From: Lama guanicoe | Lineage: Eukaryota | Assembly: GCA_013239625.1 (NCBI GenBank) | Contig: MU057357.1 | Location: 10,486,505 to 10,550,504 of the forward strand | DNA length: 64,000 nt | Direction of reading: 5' to 3' | Shown here: positions 45,311-58,800 of the stretch, in pieces | How the letters are laid out: every line of letters starts with the position of its first letter | Numbering within the stretch: the first letter of the stretch is position 1 | The notes under the pieces: model-generated | What the model was told of the DNA's origin: nothing | The model's input: only the letters and a program-made list of their open reading frames with translations | Databases searched by the model: none | Program-made: the position numbers and the translations under genes

Positions 45311-46308
45311 CCTCACTGTCTCTTGTGCCTCTGCTCTGTTCCAGGAAAGCTTACGTTTTGCTCTACCATTATTTATTCTTCATCTAAACACCTGTATATT
45401 TACAGTGTGCACCACTTAGTTGGCATTCTGTTTCTTGCATTACAGATGTAAGCTGTGTCATTAAAGGCGTGCTCTGCTCCACAACCAGATTATAACTTCC
45501 TTGAGAGAAGAGGTATTTATTACCCAAATAGTGCCAATTCTGAGACACCAATTCTGCTTTGCAGATTAGTAGGCGCTTAATATAATAATTTTTGCTGAGG
45601 ATAATTGTTAATGAAAGCATCTATATGAATATTCTTAATATTAAAAAAGAATGGATCCAAAGTAGGACTTTAACTGAGAGAGAAGAAGACAAAAATTATA
45701 TTTTATAATTTCTCTGCTTTTATTTTCACCTTTCCACCTCATGACTCAGCTCATCTCAAAATGCCTATGCAAAAAATGCAAAAAAGTCCAGTATATTTAT
45801 TAATCTTAAGTACACAAATATGTTTTTATTTCTTGTGGTATTATATTGTAGTGGGATATATATATATATTTGGTTACTTTATTCTCATTTTAGTTCTCTA
45901 TTTAAACAGAAAATGAGATCCCACCAAAAAAAAGGAATTGATGCTATGTAGTTTACGATGACAGGAAGTATTTAAAAATGTGTGAGTGAGTGTTTAGCAC
46001 AAGTTGGTTTTTTAAAAAATTTTTACACTAACTTTAAATCGGAGGGGATATATTAAGTTTCTACCACTGAATTACAGGCACTTTTTAGTTTCTTTGCTTT
46101 ACTTACTGCTAAAAATGCAATTGTGGCTATTCTTAACCCTAATACTGCTTGGTTTTCCTTTAAATATTTTAAACCGAAAACTGGAGTAAAAACCCTTTTA
46201 AGATGAACCAGCCTCCAATACAAGTAAAGGTTTAACTTCTTTTCTTGTCTCCTTCTCAGAAATGAAATCTGTATTCAGGATGTAATGCTTCATCTGAAGT
46301 GCTTGGAG

Positions 46309-46537
46309 NNNNNNNNNNNNNNNNNNNNNNNNNNNNNNNNNNNNNNNNNNNNNNNNNNNNNNNNNNNNNNNNNNNNNNNNNNNNNNNNNNNNNNNNNNNN
46401 NNNNNNNNNNNNNNNNNNNNNNNNNNNNNNNNNNNNNNNNNNNNNNNNNNNNNNNNNNNNNNNNNNNNNNNNNNNNNNNNNNNNNNNNNNNNNNNNNNNN
46501 NNNNNNNNNNNNNNNNNNNNNNNNNNNNNNNNNNNNN
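46309..46537. other. Assembly gap (229 N)
   Basis: Run of N. The five ORFs spanning it are artefacts. Confidence 0.99.
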
Positions 46538-49500
46538 ACACTGAAAACCAACTCTGGGAGGCCAAAATGAGATAAACAAGGCATGAGGACTACGTTCCTT
46601 ATACGCCCTAGGACTTTCTGCACATAAAACGGTACCATGTAGTCAGGCATCACTCATTGTGAGTTCTTTAACTAAACCTGATGGCGGCTGAAAGGCTTTG
46701 TTTGTGGCGATGGTGAGGTGTAACCCCATCTCAGACAGCCCCACGAGGAGTAAACTGGGAGGGTGCAGACCTCCAAACAGAATGCTCTGCTCCATCTCTC
46801 TCTCAACTGAGGCATCGAGAGCAGGTTGCACCTAATAACCTATTAAAGAGGCATATGAAGGCGAAATCCACATCTATGGAGGTAGAAGGTGAACTCACAG
46901 AAGCAGGAAAAAGAACACTAAGAATGTAATTCCAGGATTCAGTAAACTCAGTTGGGTCAGAGAAGTCTAGTGTGCAAATGTACAAATCTGATCACAAAGC
47001 TCTTAAGAGATGACTTTTACACGCTCTCACAGCATTCACTCATTATGCAATTAGCACTCCAGAGAGCTTCGCATTTCAAAGGATTTATTCCTGTGGACAG
47101 GATCCGTTTCCCAAATGTACCGCAGAGAGCCACTTTAAAACGGCTGCTGTGATCTTTAGGAGACTGTTTCATCTTCCTGTGTCAGTTCCTTCATTAGGAA
47201 AGCGAACCCTATTAAATTCCACAGGTCACTGTCAAGATCAAAGGAGTTAACATATGGCAAATTAAATTTATCATTATTTTGGTTAAATCTGTACCTTTGG
47301 CCATCTTAACAATATCAGAAAATAAAAGGAATTATTTAACAAGTTATTGGTTATGGAATTCATTTTTGTCTATCCATAATTAAGAGCATTTAAGTTTCTG
47401 ATACATTCAGTTATGTGTTGGTTTGTTTATGCCTTCAGAATTGTCATGCAATATCAGTGAGCCACCATGAAAGCTGTGGAAAAGTACATCCAAAGTTTTT
47501 TTATTGTCGTTGTTCAAAAATCATACATAAGTAAAGGTAACTCCAGTTATCCTGTAATTTATTCTGGTTTCTTTTGGGAAGAAAACAAACAAAATAAAAC
47601 AGTCTTCTAACAAGGTTTTGTCTTGAGTCAAAGTTTATATAGATTTATTATGAATCACTGATTATGGAAATTGCCCACAACCTGGTTGCCCATGAAATAC
47701 TCCTATTGCAATTCTTATCTTTTTAGTAGTACATCCTCTATAGTACGTATCACTTTGGTAACACTCCAAAAAAGGAACAGGGCTGTTAGCTGAGAGATGA
47801 GGTGGTGTTCATGGGTTATAAGTTTGGGTAATAAAAAATGTTCACAGTAATGATCAAACCTCATGATCCATCTGCACTGTTGTAGGGGCCAAGCTCATAG
47901 AGAATTAGACAAATCTCCTGGCAAAGGACAAGCAATCTTAAGTTCACATGTCTTTTATTCCTACAGAATATACCTCCCATTGCGCTTGGCCTATATGCAA
48001 CCCTTAAACACTTGCTTTGAAATATTTTAATTTTGTTAGCATGTATTGCTGCAATTTATTACCTAGGTGTTGTACATGGCAGACTTAATATATTAAAAGG
48101 CAACTTTTCTTTTAATATGACATGCATGATAAAAATTAGGTATCATTTGCTAGATTGGACTTGGGAAGAAAATAATTGAAACAAACATCTTTTTGAAATT
48201 AAAAAAATTCCACCTTATACGTAAAACCAAATTCCCAACCTGGGAGCTCTTAGGTAATTAGTTATGCTCTATCCTGGGAAGGAACTCAAGGAAAAATAAA
48301 ATGCAGCTAATTAATCAATGTGGAAGACTGCCTGTTCATTGGCAAAAACTACACAGTAATTCATTCATTCATTTCCTAACTTTGCAAAATATTTAATATC
48401 CAGTCATGTTCTAAAGGCTGTAGGGAAGTGTATGTAATACTCTGAGAGACGACAGCTTATAATGCTTTTCAATAAAAATGCAGGATTGTGGAGCTGTTAT
48501 GTAGAGAAAAGACAATATCCAGGACAAAAAAAGGAGGGAAATCTAGGGAATAAACATTAGTCCCAAAGTGTGCGGATTCTACGTTCACAGTGTCCTGAGT
48601 CCCAGCACCAGCAGAGTGAAAAGTCACCTTAGGGGCAATATTCCAGCTGCAAGAATTACTTGAGGGGCTAGAGTTTTGAGACAGCCCATCAAATCTCTGT
48701 TTGTTTAATAAACCTAAGGCATAGTGCCAAACTGGTTAAATGTACCATGTCTATGTTCACTCAAGCATATTACTACAGTGAAATTAAAGAAGAAACAAAA
48801 AGGGAGCTGATCCGTTATAACTAGATGCAATGAAACAGACTAAAGATTATATTGGAAACTTGTGTATGTTTAATATACAGTATGTGGGATACTGGCAAAT
48901 ACTATTTCTGGGGAAGTTCTTTATACTATCCTGGACAGACTCAGATCCCTGTTATTATGTGTGTTGACTTCCTTTGGTAATATCTTTATAATAAAACCAT
49001 ATTTTGAACTGTTCATTATTTTCCATATTGTATATTTCAGCTGTTTTTGAATACAAAAGAAGAATAGCTCATTTATTAGACCTCAAATAAGTTCATTTAT
49101 AAAGAAAAAAATGCTGGGAGGCAATACTTAGTATAATTAGCTCCTTCCTGTTTCTCTCCTTGAGCCAAACATTGATTCAGAAAAGACAAACTCATGCCAG
49201 CATGGTTCACATCCCTATCGCAACCTGATTCACTACAGGACAGCAGTGTTTCTGGGTTGGATTTTTCTATCTGTGGCTCAACAGTGAGAAAAGTTTCCTT
49301 GTAGATGCTCTGCCAGGCAACATAGATGTTGAGACTCCAGTTCCTTCCCTCACCTCCAAAAACTTTCCAACAACTCAAACCAAATACGATTTTTTTTTTT
49401 CCCCTAACACATCCAAGGAGGCTAAATTTTTCCCATAAGTAAGGAAGGACTGAGTCTGTGAAGGAACATAGAAGCTGGCAGGGGTAGTGAGAAAGGGGAG

Positions 49501-50844
49501 GCTCCCACTTTTATTAGCACTTTTTCTCTCTGTCCTCCAGCCACTGTAATATGTGGCTTGTGGATTGTTAGCTGATGGAGTCCCTGCATATTTCCAGACC
49601 ACGTCCAGCTGCAGAATTCACAAGAGGAGAGGGGTCTCATCCCACCTGATTGGCAGAAACAGTGAGTGACATTTGGGTCAAGGCAAGTTGACCCTGATAA
49701 CTTTACTGGTGGTGTCAGCACTAGCTGCTTTGAATGAAACAACAAACATGCAGAAACAGCACAAAACTGAATCAATTATCCTGATATTTTCTGAAATATG
49801 CATGTACCTGTTGCTCTCTTGGCAAGCCCAAGTAATCAGTTTGTTTCTTACATACACTTCATGCTTTCCCATCTTTCAGTCTTTTAACTCATGCTATTCC
49901 TTTTGCCCCAAACTAGTTTTCTTTCTTCTGCCATCTCTGAACGCCCAAAGCGTATTACACACATTTCAAATATCACCTCCAAAATACCTCTTATGCATAG
50001 CCTTCCGCCTTCCTTTGCCCCTTCTTTCTGAAGTAAGTCTTTCTTTTCTGCACCCTGGAGCACTTTGCTCAATCATGTTCACCTTGGCTATAAGGCTGAT
50101 TATAAGTTTGTGGTCTCATAATTCTCAATGAACTCCTGAGGGTAGGATCTATGCCTAATTTATATTTGTATCCCTTAAGCCACTTACGATAGTAGGCACT
50201 CCGTAGATTTTTTGTTTAATAAACACACATATTGAAAATCAAGACAAAAGTGACATTTGGAGACTGGGTGAGCTAATTGCTCCAATTCATCACTGAATTT
50301 AGGATATCTAGACAAAACTTCTGCTCCCTGGACTCCAGCACAGCCTTTCCTAACCTCCTTTCCTTTTCATTTTCAATCCCTCCAGGCCTAGGTGAGGCCT
50401 TTTTCCCCACCCCCACGCACCCGTCCCTCCTCCTGCTTGACCCAGTTACTTTGATAGAAGAACTAGGTCAGCAGTCTAGGGACCGACAGTCTCAGCCTTT
50501 TTTCTCCCAAAGGTGAGGATGACTGAATATTGGTCTCTAAGTGGCAAAGAATCCTATTCTTGAAGTTCCTTGATGACTCCAAAAGCATAGAATCTGAGAG
50601 AAGAGACGATCCCCTCTCTGAGTGAGACCGAAAGTCAGCACGAACTTCCAGGTCGAAACTCAGAGTCTTCTTTGACAATCCCCTTGCTTCTCCCCATGTC
50701 CCGATAGCCCTGAACATTTTCCCCTGAGAACAGCACCTGTGATCTGGGTCCATGTCTGGCTTCCCATGGCCACCAACCTGGACTGAGCCTGCACGTGCCC
50801 GCTGTGTGCCCTGTGTCCCTCGCAGGCCATATGCCACCTGCCAC

Positions 50845-51020
50845 AGCAGAGACTGGGTTTGAGTCCAACTTATTTTGCTTCCACACCATGTGACTTTTAG
50901 AGAAGCCCCTAAGGTTTGTTTCCTTCTCGTAAAATGGGGGTGATAATGTCTCCTGAGGTGATTAAACAGGAAAAGGCATGGAAATCACTGACACAATGTC
51001 TAGAACATGGTAAGCTTTAA
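50845..51020 (+). mobile_element. MIR fragment
   Basis: gactgggtttgagtcc...catgtgactttta...tttccttctcgtaaaatgggggtgataat...acaatgtctagaacatggtaagc. Confidence 0.7.
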
Positions 51021-53638
51021 GCTCAAGTAATGGCCTCACCTGTTCCCCGAGCAACCACCTTCTTTTCCGCAGGCACGGCCCTCCCTATCTAAGTCACTGT
51101 CTTTTCTCCTTTGTCTTAACAAAATTCTATTTATCCACCAGTTGACTATCAAATGGTCCTATATAATTTTATCCCTTCTGATCTATTTCTCTTTTCTGTA
51201 AATAACACTTATTTTTTTGTGGCAAGCAAATTAGAACCAGTCTGTATTATCCTGTATTCTTTCAGGCTGCCTTACATAAACTGACTGTCAGGTCTTTAAG
51301 GACAGGATCACGTCTGTGGGCCTAGCCTCGTGCCAGCACAGACAGAGTAAACGCTAAACCTTTTTTGACCCAACAGTTGCAGGAAACGCTGAGAGACAAA
51401 CATTGTGCATTCCTCAGTGGAGTGGCTCTGAAGTTTCCCAGAATTGTTTATTGCTGCTCTGGCTTACTAATTTTAAGTGTGACAAAAATGCTCTGGCCCA
51501 TTCATAAAGTTCTCTGGCATCACGACATGTCTTTAATCTTCTGTAGTTAAATATCATCACAGCCAAATGCAGTGATATAATAAAAAGCAATCTATTATCA
51601 TAATAAGTTGCCAGGAGTACAATCAGTCAAAATGGCAGTTCTCTGACACCCTGCCATCCCCAGACTCCCCTTCGACAATGTGTGACATAAGCTAATTTAC
51701 ATGTTTTCTGTGTAAAGCAGAATCAGAGAAGTCTGATAACAGACATAGAATCACCAGGAATAGCCTAAAAATGGTAATGTCAAGCTTGCCCATCCTATCC
51801 AGGATGTCATTCCGATGCAGGCACTTGTATGTTAATTTATTATGGTGTTAATCTATTCTGAAAATGCCGATCTCCACAGTCCCACTACCACAGGTAGTTG
51901 AACAGCCAAACTCATGTAAGAAATTGGACAGAGCAGGTATGATGGCCGCGGAGTCTCATTAGTTATACAAGGGTTTTTTAGAGGCTAAGAAAGACTTCAT
52001 TGCTCTGACAAGAAGGTATTCATCTACGTTTTAAAACTGGCAAGACATTACCAATTTCATGGTTCTATTCCTGTCGCTAAGCATGCCACGAACGCTAATG
52101 CGCTGTTGACGTGTTGGAAGTATTACACGTGGGAGATGGTGAACGCAGCGAGAAAGTGGCATCTGTCTCACACACTCAAGCTGTGTTCTTTCGCCTTCGG
52201 TTCTTTGGACGTTGTTGTCAACTCCCAGCTCCCAAGACTCCGACTCTAAGTAGTGTAACACCTGCTGCAAGGCTTAGGGATTCTCCACAACCAGCTCGTG
52301 GCGGTACTTGTGGTAGGTTCCCGCGTGTGTAGCTGTTTAATGCTTTGATGGCTGTTTAACGGCTCCTCTCAAACACCTATTCCTGAACGACAGAGGTATA
52401 AATCCCAGCCTGAGCAAAAGTCACACCACAGCAGAACGCCAGGGAAACCGCAGAGATTATTAGGATAGAGGAGTGGTTCTTGAGCAGGTACGTTCAGCAC
52501 CCGCGTCCCCTGCCCTACCCGCCACCTCTCTGCTGCCATGTCACCTACTCAATGTGCAACTGCATGGAAGAAAGAAAAGGGTAGTGTTAGCTAGCTCTCT
52601 AAATGAGAGGAAAAAAAAATATTTACTTCCTTTGCTTGTCTGCAATCTAGTAAGAAGCTTATTCGTGCATTTAAAATTAAACCCTTATTTTAATAGCTAA
52701 ACACAAAGAGCAAACACTCGGAAAGTGGACTGTCTCTGTAACATTTGCTGGGAGAGTTTCCCCACTATAGCTGGCATTCTGGTTTTATTATGTCATTTTA
52801 CGGGCAATAAGATTAGATTTTTTTTCCGTTGCAATTTATTTGAAGGAAAATATTAATTTGGAGGTTATTATCACAGTACTGAATTTCAATGTAATTCTCC
52901 AACTCATTAAAAACCATGAACTGCTATCTATGAGTGCTTCATGCTGAAGTATCAAAACACTGGGGGAAAATTCTTTAAGTCCAGTGACATCTATATCCTG
53001 CAACCATGCTCTCTTTCCAGCCAGTGTGTACCACTACCCCTTCAGAATGATTAATTTTTTATAAGAGTGTGAGTTCCTCTTAAAAGTTAGTCTTAAAAAC
53101 ATATGGCTTGCTTTCTTCATCAGAAACTTAAACATCTGAAGTCCAGGTATTTGCCCAGGATTTTAAACTTCAATTTTCATCTCCTTCTGTTTTATTAAAG
53201 CTCAGTTATAAGAAATAATATTCCTGGATGGTGAGCTAGACTTTTATTAGTAATGACAAGTCCTGTTGTGTGATGCTTTCTCCTGTTTCTGATCGAATCA
53301 GTGTAAACAAAGTGGAATCAAGATCAAGTTTGACTTTGCTACACAGGAATTCTCTTCAGTATTCTCCTTTAATTATTTTCAGATACGCAGGGGTCTGTAT
53401 GTTTATTTTCAAATATATAAGATTCTTTTATGTTACCATGTGACAATTCACATTTACCAAATGTGTGGTATTGAAAGATAACTGGTAGGTTATCTGGGAT
53501 TTAAAAAGAACTTTGGGATTATATAAACAAGTCAAGAAAAGAATGTTCTATATTTTTTAAGAGTCTTCAGTGTTCCCAAAGAACAACATTTTTATCATTG
53601 ATTGGGAATTGGCTGGGAAAGAGGTTTGTTTAGAAGCC

Positions 53639-54100
53639 CGCGGTAAACAGAATAATAGCCCTCTCAGATATCCAGGCTCCATGCCCTAGAACCTATGAAT
53701 ATGCTATCTTATACATGGCAAAAGGGTCTTTGAAGATGTTATTAAGGATGTACAGATGGAAAGAGTCTCTTGGATCATCCTGGTGGGTCCAGTGTAATCA
53801 CAAGGAACTTTACAAGAGGGAGCCAGCAAATCAAATGAACAGAAGGCAAGGTGACAAGGGGAGCAGAGAGAGCAAAGGCAATGTAGTGCAAAGCCATGGA
53901 CCAAGGGATGTGGGTGGCCTTAGAAGCTGGAAAAGGCAAGGGGACAGATTCTCCCCTATAGCATCAATAAAAACAAGGCTTTCTCACACCTTAGCCCCAT
54001 AAAATCCATTTTGGACTTCTGATTTCTAAATCTTTAAGATAATTAATTTGTGTTTTTAAGACCCTTAGTTTGTGGCACTTTGTTACAATATCGACCCCCC
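53639..54100 (+). mobile_element. MaLR LTR (MLT1D-like solo LTR)
   Basis: ggtaaacagaataatagccc...gaacctatgaatatg...catggcaaaagggtctttg...gtaatcacaagg...agaagctggaaaaggcaaggggacagattctcccct...ttttggacttctga...agtttgtggcactttgttaca. Confidence 0.9.
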
Positions 54101-54229
54101 AAAATAAAGGGTTTCCTTAGGAAAGTTTCTCTTGATATTTTCTCCAGGTGCCCCTTTCCTAGGCAGATCCACATCACTGCTGTTTGTGAGCTGTTCCTCC
54201 TTTTCCAGTTTTGCTCAGAGACTAGGAAT

Positions 54230-54400
54230 CATCTTAAAGCTGATGCTCTCCCTGCACTGTGTCCCTGTTTTCATGGAGCTCACATTTAACTGGGAAGAAA
54301 CAGATGCTAACAAATGGATTAATAGATACAAGATACAATAGATGGTAAAAATAATGTATCAAGACAAGGAGATGGAGAGTGATGTCTGGATGCTATTTAT
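54230..54400 (-). mobile_element. L2 fragment
   Basis: gtccctgttttcatggagctcacatttaactgggaagaaacaga...ggagatggagagtga. Confidence 0.65.
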
Positions 54401-55708
54401 TTTGGAGGGAGTATTTGGTCTAGTTTAATAACTTTTTCTCTAGAATAAGTCTCACATTCTGTTCCTATATTATCATCAATTCTCTGCACATAAAAAAGTA
54501 TTCATTTGGTGCTCCCAAAGAGACTCCCCTTTTTCTAAATAACGTCTCACCTCTTCTCAGATATTAGAAGGCTAGGTATGCCTCATCCCTAAGAACTAGC
54601 CATAATTGGACATGCAGAAAGTAGTATAAGAAAGCATTTGGATATAAGTTCCAAATCTGAATCCCAAGACCTCAACCATAAGAGCACAAAAAACATTTCT
54701 ATTCTCTTCCTTAACTTCCTTCCTTAAAAGGCTAGATGAGATTCAGACAAGAGCTGGTGCCAGAAATTCAAGGTAAATTTTGCCACTGCATGACATGTAG
54801 ACCTCAATCAGACTTTATTGGTCATTTCTTAAGCAACTGCAGTAATTTTAGAGTTGAAACCCACAGTGAAACCCTGAGAACTCAAGTTAAGAGAACTAAG
54901 CAGGAAAAAAAAAAAAAGAATAAAGAATAAAATAGTAAAAAAGAAAAAGGGAAAGAAAAGGAAGGGAAGGGATTTGGGTTTGCATATGTGTTTGGGATGG
55001 TCTTACAAACACAAGTATTAAGCCTAAAATGAGATTTTTGTTGTGTTTTGTTTTTCCAAGCCCCTGGATTGTTTCTAGACTCAAGGTATTAGCAATAGAT
55101 CATGGTAATCCTCTACATGGCATATTCAAGTGTCTTGACCTTTGATATTCCAAGCAGTTACTTTTGAATGTACTTATTATTAATTTGGCTTGAATAAAGC
55201 TTATCTACTTTATTTACATAATCTTTTGAAAAGGAGGAATGTCGATAAACTGCGTTCTGGTTGAGGTTTTTGGGGTCTGCTTAGCTGGAGAGGATGAGGT
55301 AGAGCTGGGACTCAGGACACAGATAAAAGTTTCATATTATACGGCTTTTATTATACTGCTTTTCACATTACTTTTTTCCCTTATATTCTTACTTTAATGT
55401 GTAATGTAGCCACTCAGCCTACCTGTGTTCCACTTAATGTAACATAAGGCTAAATTCCAAAGACACTGACCCAAATACATTTCAAGTAGCATTTAAATAC
55501 TATTTGAAATAAAATTCTACCACACAGCCAGGAGAAAACGTTCTTAGTAATTGTGTGTGTATTTGTGTGTGCGTGTGTGTGTGTGCGTATGGTTGCTACA
55601 CTCATCTCAATTTTTATCTTGACTTTAAGCTATTTGTGGCTGAAGAGGATACGATTCTGATAGAAAGAAGAAACAATTTTCAACTTGAAAAGAGAAGTCT
55701 CTTCTTGA

Positions 55709-55845
55709 GGGGAGGGTATAGCTCAGTGGTAAGTGTGTGCTTGGCATGTACAAGGTCCTGGGTTCATTTCCCAGTACCTCTGTTAAGAAATAAATAAATA
55801 AACCTAATCCCTCCCCAAATATGCATGGATAATAATTAATGAAAA
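55709..55845 (+). mobile_element. tRNA-Ala-derived camelid SINE (Vic-1-like) with TSD
   Basis: ggggagggtatagctcagtggtaagtgtgtgcttggcatgtacaaggtcctgggttcatttcccagtacctc...aataaacctaat. TSD aagtctcttctt (55695-55706) / aagtctcctctt (55846-55857). Confidence 0.9.
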
Positions 55846-58800
55846 AAGTCTCCTCTTAAGTCAGTGTATATTTTATTAGAAGTCATGTTCTAAAATTTAG
55901 TCAGATTTTGCTTATACTCAGTTGAAGCCCTTTAAATGTATCCTGTGGTTTTAATATGTAATTAAGAAAGTATTCAGAAACATCCTTCCTCCACTCTAGT
56001 AACTGTTAAATTCATCCTTAAGAATTATTACACTTTCTATTTCTGTCTTCATTTGCAAAGGGCATGGTAATCAATAATAACTGTAAAATAATGTGGAACA
56101 ATTAGTTTTTCTTGCATGCTCATAATTTGTGTTGAGATCAGTTGGCATTAGTTAATGCACATACTGGAGAGGGGGAAATTAACCTGCCAATAATCAAGTT
56201 TCATACTCACTGCTATTAATAGCATTTTTGCTTTAAATAAATAATGTTTGAAAATTTATATTCTAGCATCCCACTAGTAACAGAAATGGATGCATTTTCT
56301 TCTAGAACCCAATGATCTTCCAAACATAACGACTCTCTTAAATAAGATGAGTCAACATTTGTCTCTGGGTTTTACCAGTTTAACTGCTTATGGCTCTTCA
56401 AAACTGAGTCTCTGCTGTCGTTCATATCCTAGAAGCTCTCATGGTCAATTCACTTGAGTAAGGTAGAGTTTAAACATTTATGCAAGCCCAGCGTTTGATC
56501 ACAAAAGCTGAACTGAAACATCAGGGTTGTACTTCCCTCAAATACACATGGTTCTCCACGACCGCTGATGGTCTGCCATGTTCAGTTATCCTTTATCATT
56601 CCTTTCTTGCCTTAATGATGTTCTGAGTAGGTTTGCTATTGTTTTCTTACTCTCCCTTCATCTAATTCCCCCCTCCCCATGTTGTTCTAAGTCATCCACA
56701 GGCAGTTTCCCTTTCCCTGTAGACAGAAGAGTCCTTTTAAGTTTCTCCCTTCAGATTCTATGAAGGCAGGAGCTTGGAAGGTAACATGGATGCAGGGACA
56801 CAGCTGAAGCCATAAGGAGGACCTTGTTTTGAGGCTCAGTGTCTGGCCTGCCAACATTTTACAACTAAAATCCTTGAGGTCAGCGGAATTGCTTATATAT
56901 TAGTTTACTATTTTGGCTCAGAACTTGCTGTTTATTTTGCCATTGAGCTATATCCCTCAATCAAGTGTAACTTTTAATTGTATTAAAGGATATTAATTGT
57001 ATGTAAAGAAGGATATAATTCAATTTCTTTCAGCACTATATTTATTGGAGACAGTGAAAAATTTTGTAACTATAAATAAAGGAAGTAAATTTGATTCCAA
57101 TGAAGGGCAGAAATGGATGGAAATGTTCTCCAGCAAGACAGACGCCTTCCTCTACAGGCTCCTATGTATCATTTTATGTATATGGCGTGGTAGTAAGTCC
57201 TTAAGGAAGTTTTGAAATAGCAACATCATGGGATTCAGTGAGAGAAAAATATGGTCACCTTTCTTGCCTTGAAAATAAATTATAAATGTGTGCTTTTTTC
57301 TGGCAAATAAGGTCACACATTTATCCTAATTTTATTTTCAAGACTGTTCATGGTCAAAGAAATATGGAAAACACTTATTTAAAACATGAACAAAGACAAA
57401 GAACAATAACAACACAAATCCTCATGAGAGAGAGGACTGTATCACTAATTTACTTTAGAGGCAAAGACCAAGAGACTTTCCATAATGATACTGGACATAA
57501 GCTAATGGCAGAGCTAGATGTTATCAGAGTATTCAATTTAGGACCTCTAATTCAAGCATAGTGCTTCCTGCACTCTGGGAAGAAAAGTCTTCCATAACTT
57601 ATTTTAAACCTAAAAGAAATAAATAATCAACTGTCAAAATATTTAGAAACCACAACCAACAAATGAAATGTATGTAAAGATAAATGCGCTTCACGGTTTT
57701 TGACCCAATCCATAATTTGAGGTTACATTATATTCACAGTTTAGATGACTGCCTTAAACGCTGCTTTGGGCATTTGTTGTGGCTTAGTCTTCTGCTCCAA
57801 CCCTGTAAACTGTGAAGAGGTTTTCATAATGAGGAGAAGTGGTGTTGTGGGATTTGGAGACACTGCTCCACAGAACACAGAAAATGGAATCTGGACGGCT
57901 GTCCTGTTGCTCTGCAAGAGGAAGCAGTTGCTGTTACTTGACTTTCTCTTCTGCCCAAGCTGTGACGTGGTCATCCACTGACGATGAAATCAATCGAATA
58001 TTAATTGGGCCTCATTCATTCCAAACGACAGTTGGGACTTTTTACATGAAGAGATTTTCAGCTGAAGTTAAAATTTTTATATACATAAATGTAGATGAAG
58101 CATTAATATAAAACAACAGAAATATGGCTGTATTTATTAGACAGGTTAATTTTTTAATGGTTTAAGAACCATTCTAGGAGTTTAGTATTTAGGTCAATTA
58201 GAAATTAGATACTCATTCTGCATATAATAAAATATACCATGCAGGACTGATTGCTTTCAGATTAATCCTCTATGCCTGTTAATTTAATTTTGGTTTTTAA
58301 ATGTACTCATGATTTTGAAAATTATAAAAAGAAAAGAATATATTAAAAATGTGGATATATCTTTAAATTTGAGTTTTTTTTAATGTTCTAAAAACACAAA
58401 TGTATGTTTCTATCCATTTTTAGTATTATTATTTCTTAGTACTAGCATATATAAATATATTTATATAATGTGTAATAAAGAATTATCAGATTTGTGTATA
58501 CACTAAATTTTGCAGATTGAATAGTTACAGGCACACCCATTATTAAACAATTTAAGGAAATCATATTAACTTCACCTTAGGTATTTACTGAGATTATCTC
58601 AAAAAAAAAATTGCCTTTGCATTTCTCCATGTAAGAAGCTCCCTTAATGTTTATTACAAGCACACTCACCACCCAGTGCATGGTTTGCAAGGGACTGCAA
58701 GTAAGGACATCTCACAATAGAATTACGTAGACTTCGTTATAATTCAGCTCATTTGTTTCCTAATTCACGTATCATATTATCCTATCTACTCACCCAAAGC

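Noticed and set aside
46198-46653. Five overlapping ORFs of 81-151 aa
   Set aside because: They are open only because they cross the N gap.
49673-50131. 152-aa ORF with a signal-peptide-like start (GQGKLTLITLLVVSALAA)
   Set aside because: It starts at TTG, the hydrophobicity reflects T/C-rich L2-like sequence, it is antisense within an intron, and it shows no homology I recognise.
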